From the NCBI GenBank assembly GCA_964016885.1, contig OZ024751.1:5952001-6016000 (forward strand): 64,000 nucleotides of DNA, read 5' to 3'. The DNA comes from Eledone cirrhosa (lineage: Eukaryota). Each line of letters begins with the position of its first letter. Within the stretch, counting starts at the first letter, position 1. Under the pieces are notes generated by a model. The model saw only the letters and a list, made by a program, of their open reading frames with translations. It had not been told where the DNA came from and made no database searches. Below, piece by piece: positions 56,927 to 64,000 of the stretch. The position numbers were made by a program, and so were the translations under genes.

Positions 56927-58999
56927 ATGGCTACGAAAAAGAAATTTCATACGTCACTCCCACTCATTCCGTCTTCTTCTTCCTCAATCATCACTACAGC
57001 AGAGAGAAGATTGTCTCTCTCCCTCCCTTCTTTAAATGTGTCTCTCTCCCCCCCTTCTCTTTCGCAAGTGACGAAAGAAAAGAAAAGTCTCGTGCAAAGC
57101 GTGCAAGGTTTCTCCACGACGACGACGACAGCGACGAAACAGGTGTGCGGGAAATACGAAAACCCAGTTCATTCGTCTGACGTCAGGAATAATAGCAGTA
57201 GCAGCCGTAATAACAACTGCAACAGTGACAATGAAAACAACAGTAGCAGCCGCAACAGCATCACCAGCAGCATAAACAACAACAGCATTAGCAGCAACAG
57301 CGGCGGAGGCAGTAGTCGTAGTACCTGCAGCAACAACAAAAGTACCAGCAGCTCTGACGACAACAACAACAGCAGAGAAAAACCAATCTCATTTGCAGGT
57401 ATTGCGAAAAACTTGGAAACAATCCTCATAACAAATGAGGAATTAGAGGAAGCGAAGAAGATGGTGACAAAGAACGGACACCGAGCAATCTGCAAGGCAG
57501 CGGAAAAATTTTTCAAAACCCAAGAGCACTGTACGGTCACGTACCGTACAGTAAGTACAAAATCCCGTAGGGTGGAAAGAGCCACAGAGGCCCAAATACA
57601 AAAAGCCTTGGGGTCTGTGTGGCAGCGGAAAACGCACATCACCCGAGGCAAAAAATATGCCACCGTAGACGTACTTTTTGCCACACCCCAGGAGGCAAAG
57701 GCCCAATCAGTAGTGACCCTAAGGAGCGAGGAAATGGTGTTGGTGCCCTCCTACTGCGGGCAAAAAATTGTGAGGGTCAAACTGACCCACGTCCCCCCCG
57801 GAATGACCCCTTCTTGGCTGGCCGCGTCTGTCCTAATCGGAATCGAGGACAAAACAACTGTACTGCAAGTACAGAAAAAAGTAAGAGAAGATTGGGTCGG
57901 CTCCTCCATTGAGATGCTAATCCAAACCAACCAGGAGTGCATCGAAGCTATCCCGGATGTGATAGACTTCGATAACGGCACTCAACTGCCCATAAGTGTT
58001 GAGGGCAAACGCCCGAAATGCTTTCGCTGTGGATCGAAGACTCACCTCAGGGCCTTCTGCAACGAGAAGACCCTGAGAAAGGAGAACACCCCCCTCCTTC
58101 CGAATCCGGCTCCACGGCTACCAGCAACAGGACAAGCGGCAACCAGGAACGATAGGTCCGTGGCACCCATACCCACGCCACGGAAATCAAAAACAGCAGC
58201 AGCAGTGGAAATATTAACAACAACAACAGCAATACCAAATGCAGCTGCAACAGAGACTCCAGTGCAAACATCACCAACAACAACAAGTGAAAGAGTGGAG
58301 CTGGTACCCCTCCCCGACCTCACAGAATCAGACATGGAGTGTGAGGTGGGAGAGGGATGGCAAAAGGTCGCAAGAAGGCACAAACGCAGAAGCAGCGCAT
58401 CGTCGCCTTTGAAAAGGGAGGAAAGAAATAAGAAAAGGGTAAAGTCTACTGCAAAGAGACCCACAGCAGCAACAACACCAACACCATCACCACCCACACT
58501 AGCACCACCATCACCACCGGCGACAACCCCACCGCCAACAACACCTTCAACACCACCACCACAAGCACCAACATCGCAAACACAACAACAAAACACACAC
58601 ACCCAGCAACAACGACAAGAAAATAGCAGAACCACACCCCACCCCCAGAAAAACAAATGCACGGCAATAAATACACACAACAAGAAACTAATGACTTACA
58701 TAATTGAACACACAGACATTTCACAACAGGACTACATAATACCAGCACCAATCAAAACGCCAACTAACATAAGACTGCTAAAAATAGCACAGAAACAATA
58801 CACAAACATTAAAACGAAATTCCCCAACGCAGTTGGTGATTTCAGGGACCTAGGAGGAACCATCAATCGAAGAGTATACTCAGACATTCTCTTAGAAGAG
58901 CCGACGACCAGCCGAAGGGACGATTCAACGGTCCCTTCACCAGACGATCAAGTGAAAAGGGATGTAAAAACCATCCCTCCTCTACCAAAAGTACGGTAA
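56927..58999 (+). CDS. Tx1 ORF1 protein (690 aa): S/N-rich and P/T-rich low-complexity regions flanking a globular core with a CCHC knuckle
   Basis: ATG in AACATGG context; CFRCGSKTHLRAFC. Confidence 0.88.
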   Translation: MATKKKFHTSLPLIPSSSSSIITTAERRLSLSLPSLNVSLSPPSLSQVTKEKKSLVQSVQGFSTTTTTATKQVCGKYENPVHSSDVRNNSSSSRNNNCNSDNENNSSSRNSITSSINNNSISSNSGGGSSRSTCSNNKSTSSSDDNNNSREKPISFAGIAKNLETILITNEELEEAKKMVTKNGHRAICKAAEKFFKTQEHCTVTYRTVSTKSRRVERATEAQIQKALGSVWQRKTHITRGKKYATVDVLFATPQEAKAQSVVTLRSEEMVLVPSYCGQKIVRVKLTHVPPGMTPSWLAASVLIGIEDKTTVLQVQKKVREDWVGSSIEMLIQTNQECIEAIPDVIDFDNGTQLPISVEGKRPKCFRCGSKTHLRAFCNEKTLRKENTPLLPNPAPRLPATGQAATRNDRSVAPIPTPRKSKTAAAVEILTTTTAIPNAAATETPVQTSPTTTSERVELVPLPDLTESDMECEVGEGWQKVARRHKRRSSASSPLKREERNKKRVKSTAKRPTAATTPTPSPPTLAPPSPPATTPPPTTPSTPPPQAPTSQTQQQNTHTQQQRQENSRTTPHPQKNKCTAINTHNKKLMTYIIEHTDISQQDYIIPAPIKTPTNIRLLKIAQKQYTNIKTKFPNAVGDFRDLGGTINRRVYSDILLEEPTTSRRDDSTVPSPDDQVKRDVKTIPPLPKVR

Positions 59000-59034
59000 G
59001 TGGTCTTTCCCATCTTTTCCACTCTATTTTAAAC

Positions 59035-62000
59035 ATGACCTCACTCAGAATAGGCAGCATAAATGCGCGTGGCTTGGGGTCGTCATGGAAGCAGGGTCAC
59101 CTGCTCAACGACCTCAGGTCACTAAACATAGATGTAGTGGCCATCAGCGAGACCAGAATCTCCGAAGCACGGGCCTTCGTACCGATCTTCGGCGGCTACG
59201 ATGTGTACGCATCTCCCAGCCGTCCTGGATCGGGTGGAGGAGTTGCTGTGCTTTTTCGGAGAGGTTTGGATCTCGCCATACGGGCCATCTTCCTGGACCC
59301 AGAGGGTAAGCTGGTGGTGCTGGACGTGACCAGCGGAGACGGGCAAGCTTTCAGGCTAGTGGCCGTCTATGCCCCGACAGGAGCAGGGCGGCCTGATTTC
59401 TTCCGGCGTCTGGAGACCTTTCTTGGAACGTCCCGCTCTTTAGTGTTAGTGGGCGACTGGAACGGGATCTTAGATGCACGCTGGGACTGTGTGGGATTAG
59501 CGGATAGGGGTGGAGGGTGCAAGAGCCTCACCAACCTGCTCAGGCGTTTTGAACTGTCTGACAGGTACCGATTGGATTTCCCGAATGTGCCAATGTGGAC
59601 TTGGACAAACCGCATAGGGTCATCCAGATCATATCTAGATAGAGTATTTTGTAGGGAAATAGATAGGTCTAGCATAGGCTGTCCACAATTCAAGATAGTC
59701 AGCTACACGGACCACAAATTCGTGATCTGTGTGCTTGACTTAGATAGGCTTCATAGACGAGGACCCGGCTACTGGAAGCTAAACGCGTCCTTACCAGCGC
59801 GCAAGGCCTACAGAGACCGGATTAGCGAACTAGTTAAGCGGGCGTTGACGGGGGCCATCGTCAACAACAAGTGGTGGTTTGCTCTGAAAAGAGCGATTAG
59901 AATAGAATCGATTAGGTTTAGTAAGGCTTTAGCAATAGAGAAAAATAGAGCAGAGGGAGAACTAGTTAGAAAATTAGACGAGGCGCTTAGCAAAGGCATT
60001 GCGACCGACGTGCTTGCGGCGAAATTGGCCCTTGACCAATTCTTCAATGCAAAGCACGAAGGCTGCGTTGTCAGAGCTAGGGTGCGTGCTCTCTGACACG
60101 AGGGGACGAAAGCCGTTCAATGGGCCCGAGTGGCGGAGGCGCGTCGTGGCAACAAAGCCACGATCCGGTCTTTGGTGGACCACGACGGGCGCATGCTACT
60201 CGATCCCGGGCAAATGTGTGAAGCTTTTCAGCGACACTTCGCTCAGCTGTTCGGGGGCAGCGGGGGGCCGGGTAGAGGGATGGACTTTAGTGTCTACCTC
60301 GACGGACTGCCGCGGCTCTCGGCCACTGAGGCGAAGTGTTGCGAAAAGCCGATAACAGCCGCTGAAGTAAGGGAGGCAATGACTGGCTGCACAAGGGGTA
60401 AATCGCCTGGTTTGGATGGTCTGCCCTATGAACTTTACGTACAGATGCCAGACTTGTTCGGAGGCCTCTTGGCGGACGTCTACTGCAACTGGCAACAGAA
60501 CGGGAGAATTCCCAGTTCTGTGAGCCGAGGAGCGGTGGCACTGCTGAGAAAGGATCCGAACAAGGGGGATAACATAGACAATTTCCGGCCCATAACTCTG
60601 CTAAACACAGAGTTTAAGATTTTGGCCAAGGTGCTAGCAAAGAGGTTGGCGCTTGTCGTTGGTGGTCTGGTGGGAGAGGCGCAGACATGCGCCATTCCCG
60701 ACAGATCCATCCACGACAACCTCCACCTCATGCGATACATCGTAGAGAGGGTAGCTAGGGAACCTGGCACGGGTGGGTCCTTGATCAATTTAGATCAGTC
60801 GAAAGCTTTCGATAGGGTCGACCATCGTTACCTAGCGGCAGTCCTGAGGGCGGCTGGCTTTGGGCCCGTCTTCAGAGGCTGGATCGCTGCCATGCACAGC
60901 GACATCTGCTCTGTGGTGAGAGTGAACGGTCACCTGTCGGAACCGTTCAACATCATGCGCTCGGTCCGCCAAGGATGTCCCCTCTCGTCCCTCTTGTACG
61001 TATTGACTCTCGAGCCATTACTGCACAAACTGGAGACGTTGAGGGGGGTCCCGCGCGAACTAGGATGCGGAAGATCCGTATCAGCATATGCGGACGATGT
61101 CACCGTAGTGGTGTCGAACGCCAAACACATCGAGGCGATCGGCACTACACTAAGAGAATACGAAGCGGTGACAGGAGCAATGATCAACCAGGAAAAGTCA
61201 GTGGGCCTGCAGCTCGGCACCTGGAGAGGCAGGTCCATGCCGTCCAACAGCGTCGTCGGACGCTGGACGGACGGACCGGTTAAATTGCTAGGGGTCTGGT
61301 TCGGTCCGGACCTCCAGACGGACAAAAACTGGGACGAGGTGACGAGCAGGGTGGCTTCTCTCACCCAGAAATGGGCGGAGAGGAAGCTATCCCTGAAAGG
61401 TCGAGCGGAGGTGGCTAACGCGTACATCGCGTCTGTCATCTGCTACCGCCTAACCGTCGTACCTTGTCCTAAGCCTCGCCTGACTGCGCTGGAGCGTTTG
61501 CTCTTTCGCTTTTTGTGGAAGGGACGTGCTCCGATGGTCAGGCGGTCCATCTGTTGTCAACACCCGCTACGTGGAGGGCTGGGCATGCCGTGGCTGATGA
61601 TGCGCAGGCACGCGCTCAGGCTACGACATCTCCACCTCTTCCTCGACGGTGATCAGGTGTGGTCGCCGTTTGCTAGACGCGTTTTTCCCCAGCTCGTTTC
61701 CTTGACGGAGCTGCAGTCCTGGGTCAAGCGAAGACCGAGAGGGAGCGCCTGGAGACTGGAATGTCTTCAGGCGCTCACAGCCCTCGACCAATCGGGCAAT
61801 GTGATCGGTGGAAACTCCACCTCGGCGTTCTATAGAGGATTAGTGGAGGGGAAGAGCGACGACGTACTTGGGGAAACTCTAGGCGTCGACGAAAATCAAC
61901 TAGCCAATCTCTTCGGAAGAACTTTCGGGCCGGGGCCTATGGACAACTTCCAGAAATCTCTGGCCTGGCAGTGCTACCGAGGAGCCTTGCCAGTTCGGGA

Positions 62001-62454
62001 TAAACTCTACAGGCATGGAGGTGCCGTCAGCCGGGCATGTCCGAGATGCGCGCAGGGCGACGAAACCGTCCTGCACGCACTCGTCCAGTGTCCGAAAATT
62101 GCTGACTTGTGGGTTTATGTCGAACACCTGCTGTCGCGTTTAGGACGGATCCAGCTATCATCTGAGTCTATCGTGAGGATTGCCCCGCCCTCCTCCTTTA
62201 GCCGGGAAGGGCAGGCAGTTTTTATCTGTCTGGTGACAATGGCGAAAGAGATAGTATGGTGGACACGTTTGAAAGGGCTGAAGACGAGCACTTACCTCTT
62301 CGGTGATGCTCTGATTGACTTTTTCAAATTTCATTTGAAAAGGAAAATCAGAGTAGAGAGGGAAGTGCTCTCTTCCCAGCATTTTGTTGAAAGATGGGTG
62401 AGAGAAGCAAGAATGGCCCGAGTGAATGGGCCGACTCTGAGTATATATCTGTAA
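59035..62454 (+). CDS. Tx1 ORF2 (APE endonuclease, RT, C-terminal zinc finger), one in-frame TGA at 60094-60096
   Basis: INARG, SET, VYAP, GDWN, YLDR, TDH; PGLDG, FRPITLLN, DQSKAFDRVDH, QGCPLS, YADD; CPRC-x8-H-x4-C. The two listed ORFs share one frame. Confidence 0.93.
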
Positions 62455-62754
62455 ACTAAAGGTGGAAAACTGGGAGAGGGCACTTGCCTTGGTGGTCAGG
62501 GTCATTGTGGCTTTTTACTGGGCTTTCTCCACAAATGTCCCTCCGAAGTCTCCCCCCTATTGGGGAATTTTTCATTGTTATTTTCATTGTTATTTTTGTT
62601 ACATCCTCTGTTTTTGTTTTTTTACACGCAGAAATGCCTATTTGTACCGTCCTGCATTGTCCTGCACTGTCCTTAATGTCTACTTTATGTAAACCCTTGT
62701 GGTTAATAAAGAAATCATTATTATTATTATTATTTTATTATTATTATTATTATT

Positions 62755-64000
62755 TATCTAATCCGACGACTTTTGCTCGCTCCCAGTAAGTACACGGCTG
62801 AGCCACGCCACCCAGCAATATGCTGTCGTCTGACAATGGCGTAAAAGTTGTGAGGAGGGATACAAACATTGTTACAACAGACACCACCACAAACAACGTG
62901 AACAATGACAACACTGAGAACACTAATTTTGAAAATATTACCACACCGACTAAAACAATAACAGCGTCAACCAAAATACAGACAACAGAAAAAATGACAA
63001 CAAAGCAACAACGATATTAACACCACTAACAATAAAATAAACAACAACACCGACAGCAACAATACAAATTGCACCGAAAACAACAACGGTGGCACCAAAA
63101 ACACAACCAACTACAACAGTGATAACATCAACAACACTAACAACACCGTTTGTAGCAGTAGCAACAGCAACAGCACCAACAACAAGACCAGTAGCAGCAG
63201 TAACGGCAGCAATAATGGTGCCGCTGAAAAAGGGGCCACTTCTTTCGCAGGTGTGGCCCGAAATATAGGAACAGTGCTAGTCACTGAGGAGGATATGGCA
63301 GTCGCAAGAGCCATGGTGTCTAGAAATGACAACAGAGTTTCCCTGAAACCTCCACCCGATTTCTTCAAAGACCAGGAACTGAGCACTGTGACTTACCGCA
63401 CCATAAGCAAAATGTTGCATCGGGTGGGAGAGCCATGGAGGCTCAAATCCAAAAGGCTTTGGAGTGCGTGCTGGCGCCCAAGACCCACATCACCCGAGGC
63501 AAGAAGTACGGCACAGTAGACGTACTTTTCGCCACCCCCAAGAGGCGAAGTCTCACTCTTTGGAAACCCTAAAGAGTGAGGAGATAGTCTTGGTGCTCTC
63601 CTATTGTGGGCAGAAAATTGTGAGGGTCAAAGTGACCCAGGTCCCGCCCGACGAGCCCATACCCTGGCTGGCGGCGTCTGTACTGGCTGGAATCGAGGAG
63701 AAGACCACCATGTTACAAATACAGGGAATGGGAAGAGAGTACTGATCAGGAATAGGCATGCAAATGCTAATATAGACTGACCAGGAGTGCATCGAGGCCA
63801 TCCCAGACCTCATCGACCTCGAAGAAGGGCTCCATCTCCCTATAAGCGTGGAAGGAAGGCGCCCAAAGTGCTATCTCTGTGGGCAGAACGGTCACCTCAA
63901 GGCCTTCTGCCCGCAGAAGACATGCAATAAGAGCCCCCCCCCCCTCCTTCCGATGCCTGATCCGCTGTTACCAAGAGCAGTGCAGGCAACAGAAACAGAA
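62755..64000 (+). mobile_element. Tx1 copy 3, 5' part (ORF1 disrupted), runs off the window
   Basis: SFAGVARNI, TVTYRTIS, SYCGQKIVRVK, CYLCGQNGHLKAFC. The start codon appears mutated (CACGGCTGAG versus CATGGCTGAG). Confidence 0.88.

Larger units (their letters stand above)
56711..62716 (+). mobile_element. Tx1/L1-clade LINE copy 2, nearly intact
   Basis: Open ORF1; ORF2 with a single stop; 3' end AATAAAGAAATC-(ATT)n. Confidence 0.95.

Noticed and set aside
57169-62505. Antisense and alternate-frame ORFs inside the Tx1 copies
   Set aside because: Shadows of GC-richer coding sequence, with no motifs of their own.

Overview
Repeat-saturated animal genomic DNA with dense (TA)n/(CA)n/(TAG)n/(GAT)n microsatellites and tRNA-derived SINEs. 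The composition suggests a cephalopod/octopus-like genome, which is an inference. No intact host gene is recognisable. The left 50 kb holds decayed Penelope-like elements (two CCHH-type RT+GIY-YIG copies lying tail-to-tail and three Naiad-type copies), RTE, CRE-like and R4/Dong-like LINE fragments, a Helitron-like element and SINEs. It also holds many short elements embedded in (TA)n, most built as head-to-head inverted duplications. Reading both strands by eye finds roughly 20 minimal type I hammerhead ribozyme (HHR) motifs or relics in these elements, including compensatory U3-A8 core variants and a family with a fixed GCAA core. The right 13 kb is a head-to-tail array of three Tx1/L1-clade LINEs, each joined by (ATT)n, with the first starting on the (ATT)n tail of a SINE. 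The middle copy is intact apart from one TGA. Both full copies carry a consensus splice donor on the ORF1 stop that could fuse ORF1 to ORF2 in frame. Coordinates were counted by hand and element boundaries are approximate.
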